Below, piece after piece: positions 20,253-29,329 of a DNA stretch of 54,478 bases. Both the position numbers and the translations under genes were made by a program. The DNA is taken from NCBI GenBank assembly GCA_002215665.1, contig NGFL01000001.1, forward strand, positions 2,597 to 57,074, in the 5' to 3' direction. The notes below the pieces were generated by a model. It saw only the letters and a list, made by a program, of their open reading frames with translations, had not been told where the DNA came from and searched no databases. Position 1 is the stretch's first letter, and every line of letters starts with the position of its first letter. The DNA comes from a candidate division TA06 bacterium JGI_Cruoil_03_38_101. Its GTDB lineage: Bacteria > Hydrothermota > UBA3072.

Positions 20253-21197
20253 TGATGGTTTTCAATTCCAACTATTCTTGCTCTATAAGCCGTTCTTTGG
20301 ACTAATAGATTGGAACATTCAGGGCAATAGGTGTTTTCTGCACCATCAATGGGTGCATTCCCAATATAAACATAATGGAGGTAACCGGATGCTATCTTAT
20401 GAGCGTCCTTTAGCATTTCTATAGGCGTTGGTGGTCTTTTGTAACCCAGGTATGGGAAATATCTGGAGATGTGTAGGGGAATATTTTTATCAATGGAGGA
20501 GAGATATATAGATAAATTCTCAATATCATGATCATTATCACCGGGTATCAAGAGATTTGTAACCTCGATGTGAATTTTCTCTGAACTTATTTCAATAGTT
20601 TTCTTCGTAGTAGCGAGATCCCCTTTTAATACTTTCCTGTAATATTTCTCATCCATTGATTTGAGGTCTATGTTCATAGCACTTATTATTTCAAGAAGAT
20701 CTTTGAGAGGTTCTTCATTAATGAGACCGTTGGTTACCATAACAAGGTCTATCCCCTCAGGTTTTGCGTATTTTGCAGTATCCATTATATATTCAAACCA
20801 TATGATAGGCTCGCTATAGGTAAAGGCAATAGATGAGGTATTATAGCGCTTTGCTAACTCTACTAATTGTTCTGGCGATATATATCTGGTTGGTGTCTTT
20901 CTTGCAGAAATGGTATAGTTCTGACAAAAGGGGCACCTCATATTACATCCATTGGGAGAGACCGATAAAATTTCTGTTCCCGGGTGAAAATGAAACAGAG
21001 GTTTTTTTTCTATCGGATCTATTGCAAGAGAGGTGGTGTTCCCCATAGTTTTGCGCATAAAGGGTTCCATTATCGTTTTTCCTTGCCCAACATATTCCTT
21101 CTTTTCCCGGTTGGATTATGCAATAATGGGGGCAGAGGTTACATTTCACAATCTTATCTTTTGTTATATTGTAATATTCAGCTTCCCTTTTCTCCAT
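20213..21197 (-). pseudogene. PflA-like / AmmeMemoRadiSam-type radical SAM enzyme, reading frame broken at a G4 run (C4 on + strand, 21041-21044)
   Basis: ORF 20943..21197 gives the N-terminal CPHYCIIQPGKEGICWARKNDNGTLYAQNYG. ORF 20213..21070 continues NTTSLAIDPIEKKPLFHF...CNMRCPFCQNY (CxxxCxxC) and ends with CPECS...CSNCG. Skipping one base at 21041 joins them colinearly. Confidence 0.75.
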
Positions 21198-22050
21198 ATT
21201 TTTTAAATTTGCTCCTTTTTATAAATTTATGGATTTTTCCTGTAGAGTCAACCATTATTGCTTCTAGTTTATTATCTTTTGCAAATTTTGCTGCACGCTT
21301 ATAACCCATTGCGAATAGAGCTGTTGAAAGACAATCATCTATTAATCCATCATTTCCAATCAATGTTACTGATTGAAGCCCCCTTGCTGGATATCCTGTA
21401 AATGGATTAATTATATGATGGTATCTTCTGTTATTATAGAAGAAATATCTTTCATAATCACCGGAAGTCATTATAAAACAGTTAGAGAGTCTTAAGGTTC
21501 CTATGATGTGGTTCTTATCTCTCGGGTCTCGGATCCCAATTACCCAATTTTTCTTTCTTCCTTTTTTCCCGATTAATGCAATGTCACCACCTGCGCTAAT
21601 GAGACCAGAGGAGATTCCCATTTCATTAAGAATTTTTTTTCCCCGGTTAAGAGCATATCCTTTTGCACTTCCTCCAAGGGTTAGACTGAAACCCTTGGGG
21701 AGGGAGAGAGTATTGTGGTTTACTTTAACTTTCCTGTAATCAACAAATGAAAGGAGAGAGTCTATTTCTTTTCCCAATGGCATTACAGGCTTCTTAAAAT
21801 AATTCCATTTTGAAAGGATTGGATCGACTGTAGGATCAAAAAAACCGTTAGTCATCTTGGATATGGTAAGAGAACCCTTAATAATATGAATAACAGTCGT
21901 ATCTAAGACTTTTTCGTTAATACCATTTACTGGAATTTGATCAATTCTGCTAAATTCCTTTTCTAATTGCTTGATTGTTTTCTTTGCTTTTATTAGATTC
22001 CTTGCATAAATTTTTACTTGGACATAGGTATCAAAGTAGAAACCCTCCAA
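21178..22050 (-). CDS. apbE: FAD:protein FMN transferase (ApbE family); true start probably upstream
   Basis: ApbE-like body (GGSAKGYAL, SGDYERYF, HHIINPFTGYP). The same frame stays open to 22143 and encodes a signal-anchor-like KRSITLKRISIYCVIFIVIIFSVFF with no ATG/GTG/TTG. Confidence 0.8.
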   Translation of the reverse strand: MEGFYFDTYVQVKIYARNLIKAKKTIKQLEKEFSRIDQIPVNGINEKVLDTTVIHIIKGSLTISKMTNGFFDPTVDPILSKWNYFKKPVMPLGKEIDSLLSFVDYRKVKVNHNTLSLPKGFSLTLGGSAKGYALNRGKKILNEMGISSGLISAGGDIALIGKKGRKKNWVIGIRDPRDKNHIIGTLRLSNCFIMTSGDYERYFFYNNRRYHHIINPFTGYPARGLQSVTLIGNDGLIDDCLSTALFAMGYKRAAKFAKDNKLEAIMVDSTGKIHKFIKRSKFKKYGEKGS

Positions 22051-22134
22051 TGTGTATTTTCTTTGAGGAAAAAAGACCGAAAAGATGATTACTATAAAAA
22101 TAACACAGTATATAGAAATTCGCTTAAGCGTAAT

Positions 22135-22170
22135 AGACCTCTTTTATTCATTCAGAAGACCTCTTTTATT
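22135..22170 (-). repeat. 14-nt direct repeat AATAAAAGAGGTCT x2 (period 22 nt) flanking the rocD stop codon
   Basis: + strand AGACCTCTTTTATT at 22135-22148 and again at 22157-22170. Confidence 0.9.
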
Positions 22171-23342
22171 CTTTTAAACGCCCAATCCAGTTCCTCTTTG
22201 GTGATAATTAGAGGAGGGGCAAAACGAATGATTGTGTTATGAGTCTCTTTACAGAGGATTCCCTTCTCCTTCAATTTTTCAGCATAGGGCCTTGCTGGCC
22301 CTTTCAACTCCAGGCCTATAAATAAACCTTTTCCCCTAATTTCCTTGATAACAGAGTTATCAAGAGTAAATAATTTATCCATAAAATATTTCCCGAGTTT
22401 CCTGGATCTTTCAGGCAGATTTTCTTTGAGGACATAATCAAGAGCTGCAATACCCACGGTAGCAGCAATAGGATTTCCACCAAATGTGGAACCATGATCG
22501 CCAGGATTAAATAGTCCAAGAACCTCTTTAGAAGATGCAACTACAGAAACAGGGTATACACCACCTCCTAAGGCTTTACCGAGTATGATCATATCAGGCT
22601 TAGCCCCGTCCCATTCCCATGCAAAGAGTTTTCCGGTTCTACCCAGACCTGTCTGAATTTCATCTAAGATGAAGAGCACATTATTTTCTTTACAAATTTT
22701 CTTAACTTCATTTAAGTAACCCTCAGGAGGAATAATAATTCCTCCTTCTCCTTGAATAGGTTCAAGCAATACGCCTGCAGTATTTTCATTTATCTTTTCC
22801 TGAATGACTTCAGCATTTCCGTAGGGAACTATTTCAAAGCCAGGGGTCAGAGGACCAAAACCATCTTTATATTGATCTTCTGTGGAAAAAGATATTATTG
22901 TTATTGTCCTTCCGTGAAAATTATTGATACCCACTATTATCTCTGCCTTTTCCTTAGATATGCCTTTTACCCTGTACCCCCATTTCCTTGCCGCTTTCAA
23001 GGCTGTTTCTACAGCCTCAGCTCCTGTATTCATAGGAAGAGCCATTTCCATTCCTGTAACCTCACAGACCTTTTTCAGGAAAAGAGGTAGTTTATCATTT
23101 CGAAACGCCCGAGAAGTTAGGGTGAGTTTATCAAGTTGTTCCTTCATCTTTTTTACGATTTCATGGTTACAATGTCCATGATTCAGTGCTGAATATGAAG
23201 AAAGCATATCCATATATTTATTTCCTTCAATATCCCAAACCCAGACTCCCTCTCCTCTGGTAAGAACTACATCAAGGGGCTTGTAGTTATGAGCTCCGTA
23301 TCTATCGCCAATTTCAATTAACTGTTGGGATGAGTACTCCAT
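22152..23342 (-). CDS. rocD: ornithine aminotransferase (class III PLP aminotransferase)
   Basis: YGAHNYKPLDVVLTRGEGVWVWD and DEIQTGLGRTGK motifs. Start is placed at ATG 23342 behind AAGGAGGAAGG. The ORF-track extension to 23408 overlaps the promoter. Confidence 0.85.
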   Translation of the reverse strand: MEYSSQQLIEIGDRYGAHNYKPLDVVLTRGEGVWVWDIEGNKYMDMLSSYSALNHGHCNHEIVKKMKEQLDKLTLTSRAFRNDKLPLFLKKVCEVTGMEMALPMNTGAEAVETALKAARKWGYRVKGISKEKAEIIVGINNFHGRTITIISFSTEDQYKDGFGPLTPGFEIVPYGNAEVIQEKINENTAGVLLEPIQGEGGIIIPPEGYLNEVKKICKENNVLFILDEIQTGLGRTGKLFAWEWDGAKPDMIILGKALGGGVYPVSVVASSKEVLGLFNPGDHGSTFGGNPIAATVGIAALDYVLKENLPERSRKLGKYFMDKLFTLDNSVIKEIRGKGLFIGLELKGPARPYAEKLKEKGILCKETHNTIIRFAPPLIITKEELDWAFKRIKEVF

Positions 23343-23364
23343 ATTCCTTCCTCCTTTTTTCTTC

Positions 23365-23392
23365 ATATTATAATTGGCATGTGATTTGTCAA
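23365..23392 (-). promoter_or_regulatory. candidate promoter TTGACA-N16-TAATAT for rocD and the downstream operon
   Basis: Reverse complement of 23387-23392 is TTGACA and of 23365-23370 is TAATAT. Confidence 0.5.
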
Positions 23393-23508
23393 CTGTGTGT
23401 TGAAGCAAGATTTACTAACCTGGTAATCTTGTGAATCAAAAATTAAACCAGAGAAAACTTTGTCTTTACATATTTCTTTTCTTTATTCTAAAACAGACCA
23501 ATAGATTT

Positions 23509-24942
23509 CTATTTGGTTTGTTCCTTGATCCAGTCTCCTATAAGTTTTAACGCAGTGGGTGAAAAGGTCTCTTCTATTTGACCATACTCTGCGGGTAATC
23601 CAGTAGTTGCTTTTTGAAAAAGATGATTAAGGCCGGGTAGTTCCTTAACTATATAGTTTTTATTCCCGCCTGCCTTAAAGGCTTCTTCTATTGCAGTCAG
23701 GTTTTCTTCTGGAGGAACCTGGAGGTCTTTTTCTCCATTTATAGCAAGGACGGGGAATTTAATTTTCTTAAGAGCTGGTTTTGGGTCATAAGACAGGAAA
23801 AATCGGAACCAGGGAGAGAGCAATTGTTGAATTTCCTTATCGATCATAGTCTCAGATTTGCCCATTGCCTCTCTTTCCTTTTCCGGTGTTTCTGCAAGAG
23901 CATCTTCTATAATCTTGCGTATCTTCTTTTCAGCAATTTTATTATCTTCTTCTTGTTTTATAATCAAATAGATTTGTTTATTAAGATTTTTCGCTCTCAT
24001 GATTTCTTCTTCTGAAGCCAACTTTTGGGCCTTTGCAATAAGTTCAGTCTGCATTTCAAGGATTTTATCGCCAGGGAAACCTGGAGCAGCCAATAAAACA
24101 ATAAATGCAACATCAGGAGATTCACAAGCGACTTTTGGAGCGATGATTCCTCCTTCACTATGCCCAATAAGACCAATCCTTTTCTTATCAATTTCTTTCC
24201 GACTCTTTAAAAATTCAATACCAGAGACAACATCAGAAGCAAAATCCAGAGTTGTTGCCTTGGAGAAATCACCTGTCGATTTTCCAATCCCTCGGTCATC
24301 CACACGAAGCACAGCAATCCCTTGCCGGGTTAGATAATCTGCAAGCACCAGGAATGGATGGTGACCAAAAATCGTCTCATTGCGATCCTGTGCGCCTGAA
24401 CCAGATATTAGAAGAACTCCAGGGAAGGGTCCATTCTCTTCTGGCAGAGTCAGGGTGCCAGCAAGTTTTATGCCCGCCTTTTTATTTTCGTAGAAAACCT
24501 CTTCTTCATTGTAGGGATAGGGCTTTTTTGGTTCCTGGGGACGCCTGACCTCTGGGATTTTTTTGACCTTTTTAAGAAGAAGAGGTAAAGTAAGGCCGCT
24601 CTGTTTCCATTCTCCCTTGATACTTAACCCATCTTCTTGAAGTTCGCCTTCATAAATACCAAAGACGGCTTTCACGTTGAGATGCAATTTTTTGTTATCT
24701 ATTATAACCTCGCTAACTGGAATATTAGTAGCTCCCTGATCAGGGCTATCCATAGTAGCAGTAAAGTTTCCATTTGGCTTTTCCGAAATCTTAAATACAA
24801 CTCTAAGTTCTGTTCCAGAGAATTTTAAAGTTCCCTCCCAGATACCTTTGAAATTTTCTGGTTTATAATTTCCAAGAGCTGATCTTATAAAACCGAACCA
24901 AATTAAAGCCAGCAGAGTTAAAAGAACTATTCTTTTGTTCAT
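23509..24942 (-). CDS. secreted alpha/beta hydrolase (serine hydrolase with an N-terminal beta-rich domain)
   Basis: Signal peptide MNKRIVLLTLLALIWFGFIRSALG. GHSEGG nucleophile elbow. SD GAGGAGG. Confidence 0.7.
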   Translation of the reverse strand: MNKRIVLLTLLALIWFGFIRSALGNYKPENFKGIWEGTLKFSGTELRVVFKISEKPNGNFTATMDSPDQGATNIPVSEVIIDNKKLHLNVKAVFGIYEGELQEDGLSIKGEWKQSGLTLPLLLKKVKKIPEVRRPQEPKKPYPYNEEEVFYENKKAGIKLAGTLTLPEENGPFPGVLLISGSGAQDRNETIFGHHPFLVLADYLTRQGIAVLRVDDRGIGKSTGDFSKATTLDFASDVVSGIEFLKSRKEIDKKRIGLIGHSEGGIIAPKVACESPDVAFIVLLAAPGFPGDKILEMQTELIAKAQKLASEEEIMRAKNLNKQIYLIIKQEEDNKIAEKKIRKIIEDALAETPEKEREAMGKSETMIDKEIQQLLSPWFRFFLSYDPKPALKKIKFPVLAINGEKDLQVPPEENLTAIEEAFKAGGNKNYIVKELPGLNHLFQKATTGLPAEYGQIEETFSPTALKLIGDWIKEQTK

Positions 24943-25174
24943 AAAAACCTCCTCTATTTTAAACTTTTGTATCAGAAGAATATTTATTATAATATATTTT
25001 ATTTTTTATTTTATTCAAGTCTTTAAATAATATTATTGATAAATTTCATTTTTACAAGGGTCGGATACCTCTCATATAAGCAATGAAAGAACTGCAACTT
25101 CAAATCTCTTATAGATGAATTTTCTTTTTGTCTTTAGCAAGGTTAAAAATTAGAGAGATAATGTTTTCTTTCTC

Positions 25175-25202
25175 TTGACAGAATAGAGTTTTGTAATAGT
25201 TT
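25175..25202 (+). promoter_or_regulatory. candidate promoter TTGACA-N16-TAGTTT, ending 6 nt before the pncA ATG
   Basis: TTGACA at 25175-25180 and TAGTTT at 25197-25202. No SD lies between it and ATG 25209. Confidence 0.35.
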
Positions 25203-25208
25203 TATTAT

Positions 25209-25724
25209 ATGAAAAGGGCGCTTGTTATAATTGATATGTTGAATGATTTCATTCACAGAGATGGAGCTCTTCATATTAAGGGCGGAGAAGAGATTATTGA
25301 TTCAATAAGGGAAGAAAAAGAAAGAGCTAAAAAAAATGGGATTCCCATCATCTATATCTGCGACTTCCACAGGAAAAATGATCCAGAATTCAAAATATGG
25401 CCCCCTCATTGCATCCAAGGAACCAAGGGAGCAGATATAATAGATGAATTAAAACCAGATAAGGATGATATCGTTGTGAAAAAAAACACATATTCTGGCT
25501 TCTATAAGACCGATTTAGAAAAAATACTGGAAGCTCGAAAGATAGAAAATCTTATCTTGACAGGTGTTGCCACCAATATCTGTGTGCTCTATACTGCAGC
25601 GGATGCTCGAATGAGAGGTTATGCTGTTGAAGTTCTAAAGGAAGGAGTAGAGGGTCTTACTTCACAGGATAAGAAATGGGCTCTAACACAGATGAAAAAA
25701 GTTCTCCAAGTTTTGGTGAAATAA
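25209..25724 (+). CDS. pncA: nicotinamidase / isochorismatase family hydrolase
   Basis: ALVIIDMLNDF, a catalytic Cys in ATNICV, and adjacency to a nicotinate phosphoribosyltransferase gene. Confidence 0.8.
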   Translation: MKRALVIIDMLNDFIHRDGALHIKGGEEIIDSIREEKERAKKNGIPIIYICDFHRKNDPEFKIWPPHCIQGTKGADIIDELKPDKDDIVVKKNTYSGFYKTDLEKILEARKIENLILTGVATNICVLYTAADARMRGYAVEVLKEGVEGLTSQDKKWALTQMKKVLQVLVK

Positions 25725-26882
25725 ATGCAAATCCACGCTACACTAAAAGAAATCCTATCCGGTTCTACAACAGATATATACTTTCACCGGGCAGAGGAGA
25801 TATTAAAAAAAGAGAATAAAAATCCTGAGGTTGTAGTCGAAGTCTGGGCAAAGAATTTTCCCGATAATTATCCGTGGTGCTTATTTGCTGGCCTTGGAGA
25901 GGTTATCGATTTACTGAAGGGGAAAGAAGTAGATCTCTGGGCTCTTCTAGAAGGTAGCCTCTTTCTCGAAAGAGAGCCTGTTATGACAATAAAAGGCAAA
26001 TATCTTGAGTTTGGCTCTTTAGAAACGCCTCTTCTTGGTTACATCTGCCAGGCATCAGGTATATCTACGAAGGCTGCTCGGTGTAAAATTGCTGCTGGAG
26101 AAAGGGCCATACTTTCATTTGGAGCAAGAAGAATGCATCCCTCAATAACTCCTGTTATAGATAGATATGCCTATCTGGGTGGTGTAGATGGGGTGTCTGC
26201 AATCTTATCAGGAGAAAGGTTAGGGATAAAATCGAAAGGAACTATACCTCATTCTGTTATTCTTATACTCGGTGATACTAAAGCTGCTGCATTGGCATAT
26301 GACAGAGCAATCCCGGAGGGAATCCCAAGGATTATTCTTGTGGATACTTTTAGGGACGAAAAGGTTGATGCTCTTCGTGTTGCAAATGCACTGAAGGAGA
26401 GACTTGATGCTGTCAGGATAGATACTCCATCTTCAAGGAGAGGGGATCTTGCATTAATTGCTCAAGAGATAAGAGGAGAATTAGACCTTCGGGGATATAA
26501 AGATGTAGGAATCTTTGCATCTGGTGGAATAGATGAAAAAGAGATAGTTAAACTCAATCCCTGGGTTAATGGATATGGTGTTGGAACCAGCTTATCCAAT
26601 GCGCCTACAATAAACTTTAGCCTTGACATTGTTGAGATTCAGGGTAAACCGGTGACCAAGAAAGGAAAGACAGCGGGTAGAAAAGAGGTTTACGAATGCA
26701 GGAAGTGCGGTAAAAGGAAAATTTCATTCCACAAAGATCCAGGGAAGAGATGTGAATGTGGCAGTGAAATGGATCTATTAACCAAGAAAATAATGGAGAA
26801 GGGGAGACTTACTGTAGAAATGGAAACACCTGATGAAATAAGAAAAAGGGTGCTAAACAGGTTAAGGTTTCTTGATGTATAA
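25725..26882 (+). CDS. pncB: nicotinate phosphoribosyltransferase (archaeal/Thermoplasma-like type) with C-terminal zinc ribbon
   Basis: TDIYFHR, FGARRMHP and GTIPHSVIL motifs. C-terminal CRKCG...CECG four-Cys element. Confidence 0.8.
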   Translation: MQIHATLKEILSGSTTDIYFHRAEEILKKENKNPEVVVEVWAKNFPDNYPWCLFAGLGEVIDLLKGKEVDLWALLEGSLFLEREPVMTIKGKYLEFGSLETPLLGYICQASGISTKAARCKIAAGERAILSFGARRMHPSITPVIDRYAYLGGVDGVSAILSGERLGIKSKGTIPHSVILILGDTKAAALAYDRAIPEGIPRIILVDTFRDEKVDALRVANALKERLDAVRIDTPSSRRGDLALIAQEIRGELDLRGYKDVGIFASGGIDEKEIVKLNPWVNGYGVGTSLSNAPTINFSLDIVEIQGKPVTKKGKTAGRKEVYECRKCGKRKISFHKDPGKRCECGSEMDLLTKKIMEKGRLTVEMETPDEIRKRVLNRLRFLDV

Positions 26883-28122
26883 CATAAAATTTGTAGAAGA
26901 GCATATCCAAGAGTTAAAAGAAACATCCATAAAGAAAGGTATTTCACTTGAATTTGATTATTTTATTGAATTGAACGAAGAGAGAAAAAGTCTTAAAGGT
27001 CGTGTGGATGAGCTACACTGGATCAGAAATGAAAAGGGAAAGAAAGTTGGGGAATTAAAAAGGCGAGGGGAGGATCCAACCGAGTTGATAGATGAATTGG
27101 AAGATTTGAAAGAAGGTCTTACACAACTAGAACAGGAATTAAAAGAGATTCAAAAGAAAGTTAACGATTTTATTGCCTGGATACCCAATTTAATTCACCC
27201 TTCTGTTCGGGATGAATCTATTGTTGTAAGAGAACCAACCGGGATCAGGGATTTCTCCTTTAAACCTCTTACCCATATTGAACTTGGAGAGTCCCTTGGT
27301 ATACTTGACTTTGAGGCTGCTTCCCGTATTGCAGGGAGTAACTTTGTTCTCTATAAAGGTAAAGGAGCAGTTCTGGAAAGGGCTTTGGTCAATTTTATGC
27401 TTGACCTCCACATAAAACGTCATCAATATACAGAGATTTTCCCACCCTTTCTAGCAAATGAAGAATCAATGTTCAGCACAGGACAACTCCCCAAGTTGAG
27501 AGATGATATGTATATTACAGAAAGGGATGGTTTTTTCCTTAATCCTACTGCTGAAGTTCCTCTGACCAACATCCTTGCCGGTTCGATATTAAGCCCCGGG
27601 GACTTGCCCATCAAATACTGTGGTTATACTGCCTGTTTCAGGAGAGAAGCAGGATCCTATGGAAAAGAAACAAGAGGGCTTCTCCGTGTTCACCAGTTTA
27701 ATAAGGTAGAACTGGTTAACTTTGTTTTGCCAGATGAATCATACCGGGTTCTTGAAGATTTGTTAGATGAAGCTTTAGATGTCATTAAACTTCTGGAATT
27801 ACCTTATCGTGTAATTCAACTCCCCTTTGATGACCTCTCCTTTGCTTCAGCAAAGACCTATGATATTGAAATTTATGCACCTGGGGTAGACAAATGGCTT
27901 GAGGTCTCATCGGTGAGTAATTTTGAGGATTTTCAGGCGAAAAGGGCCGAGATTAGAGTAAGAATTGGGGGAGAGACCAAGCCACTTCATACATTAAATG
28001 CCTCTGGAGTTGCAACAGCAAGGCTTATGGTTTCTCTAATTGAAAATTATCAAACAGAAGAGGGCGAAATTGAAATTCCTGAGCCCCTTTTACCATATAT
28101 AAATTTTGAAAAAATAGGTTAG
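26875..28122 (+). CDS. serS: seryl-tRNA synthetase
   Basis: N-terminal coiled-coil arm and class II motifs (FRREAGSYGKETRGLLRVHQFNKVE, GVATARL). ATG 26875 is preferred over TTG 26872. Overlaps the pncB stop. Confidence 0.92.
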   Translation: MYNIKFVEEHIQELKETSIKKGISLEFDYFIELNEERKSLKGRVDELHWIRNEKGKKVGELKRRGEDPTELIDELEDLKEGLTQLEQELKEIQKKVNDFIAWIPNLIHPSVRDESIVVREPTGIRDFSFKPLTHIELGESLGILDFEAASRIAGSNFVLYKGKGAVLERALVNFMLDLHIKRHQYTEIFPPFLANEESMFSTGQLPKLRDDMYITERDGFFLNPTAEVPLTNILAGSILSPGDLPIKYCGYTACFRREAGSYGKETRGLLRVHQFNKVELVNFVLPDESYRVLEDLLDEALDVIKLLELPYRVIQLPFDDLSFASAKTYDIEIYAPGVDKWLEVSSVSNFEDFQAKRAEIRVRIGGETKPLHTLNASGVATARLMVSLIENYQTEEGEIEIPEPLLPYINFEKIG

Positions 28123-28128
28123 AATAGC

Positions 28129-28758
28129 TTACTTCTGGAATTCTTCGCGGAGGGCTATGTATTCCTCGTATTTTTTGAGTTTCTTTGGAGATTTTATTAT
28201 AATAGTATCTTTCTGTTCAACAATATCAAATTTCTCTAAATCTCTCAGATATTTTTTTATCTTCTCTATGGAAAGACCTGTCATATCTCCAATCTCTTTT
28301 CCCTCTGGACTCAGACCTGTATCAACTTCTTTCTCTTCTCCTTCTCGAATTTGATCTCCAAGATAGTAGATAAGCCTTATTCCTTCATTGGGAATTGAAT
28401 AATATTTAAGCATATCATCAGTCTTCCTTAAGCGCTCCGTTAATGTTCCAATAATATATTTAATAAAAGGATTTTCGTTTATTGAACGCAAAAAAGCATC
28501 TCTATCCACAATAATAAGTTCAGTATCCGTCTCAGCTATTGCAGAGGCTGAACGTGGTTCCCTGTCTAAAACAGCCATCTCCCCAAAAAACGCTCCATCC
28601 CCTAAAACGGCTAAAAGCTTCTCCATATCTTCCATTCCCTTGACGATCCGGACCTTTCCTGACTTAATGAGATACATCTCATTTCCTTCTTCCCCTTCTC
28701 GGAATAAAGTTTCACCGGCTTTTAATATCCTTTCGTATCCAATATCTTCCTTAGCCAT
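28129..28758 (-). CDS. cyclic nucleotide-binding domain protein, Crp/Fnr-family regulator
   Basis: FGEMAVLDREPRSASA cNMP-binding signature and a C-terminal HTH-like segment. Confidence 0.75.
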   Translation of the reverse strand: MAKEDIGYERILKAGETLFREGEEGNEMYLIKSGKVRIVKGMEDMEKLLAVLGDGAFFGEMAVLDREPRSASAIAETDTELIIVDRDAFLRSINENPFIKYIIGTLTERLRKTDDMLKYYSIPNEGIRLIYYLGDQIREGEEKEVDTGLSPEGKEIGDMTGLSIEKIKKYLRDLEKFDIVEQKDTIIIKSPKKLKKYEEYIALREEFQK

Positions 28759-28770
28759 AATACCTCCTTT

Positions 28771-29328
28771 TCATTTCCTCTCGATATACTCTTCTGTTCT
28801 TGTATCGATAACAATTTCATCTCCTTCCTGGACAAATAATGGGACCTTCACTATGGCACCTGTTTCCAGTTCGGCTGGCTTTGAACCTCCCTGGGCAGTA
28901 TTACCTTTAATTCCTGGCTCGGTAGAACTAACCTTCAGAGTGACAAAGTTCGGGAGCACTATTCCAATAGCTCTATCTTCCGCTATCTTAACTTTGCATT
29001 CCATTCCTTCTTTTAATAACAAACCACAATTTGATATTTTCTCCTTATCTATTATGTATTGTTCGTAAGTTTCGAGATCCATAAAGTAGTAATTACCGTT
29101 TTCTTTATAAAGAAACTGTGCATCCTTTTCTTCCAGTTGCGCAATCTCAAAATTGTCTCCTTTTTTGAATGCCTGCTTTAAGGTTGCACCATTTTCTAAA
29201 TTCTTGAGGGTTGTTCGGACAAAAGCCTGTCCTTTACCTGGGTTAACATGAAGAAAATCAATTACCTCGTACAGAAATCCATCATACTTTATTATTAAAC
29301 CTTTTCTTAAATCAGATACAGACCCCAT
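28771..29328 (-). CDS. efp: elongation factor P
   Basis: VNPGKGQAFVRTTLKNL loop carrying the conserved Lys; 185 aa with three-domain length. Confidence 0.92.
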   Translation of the reverse strand: MGSVSDLRKGLIIKYDGFLYEVIDFLHVNPGKGQAFVRTTLKNLENGATLKQAFKKGDNFEIAQLEEKDAQFLYKENGNYYFMDLETYEQYIIDKEKISNCGLLLKEGMECKVKIAEDRAIGIVLPNFVTLKVSSTEPGIKGNTAQGGSKPAELETGAIVKVPLFVQEGDEIVIDTRTEEYIERK

Positions 29329-29329
29329 T

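Noticed and set aside
20943-21070. Stop-codon recoding (Sec, Pyl or reassigned stop) as the explanation for the split ORFs
   Set aside because: In all three split genes the two halves are in different frames, and homology resumes only after a 1-nt shift. There is no in-frame TGA/TAG at a conserved position apart from the prfB site, which is a known frameshift.
23343-23408. Upstream extension of rocD (MLQHTVDKSHANYNMKKKGGRN)
   Set aside because: This stretch contains the TTGACA-N16-TAATAT promoter and the AAGGAGG SD that serve ATG 23342.
25083-25118. 11-codon mini-ORF (MKELQLQISYR) in the 266-nt intergenic region between the hydrolase gene and pncA
   Set aside because: It has no SD and no recognisable regulatory context, and a short ORF in AT-rich spacer is expected by chance. 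I also saw no riboswitch-like conserved structure in this spacer.
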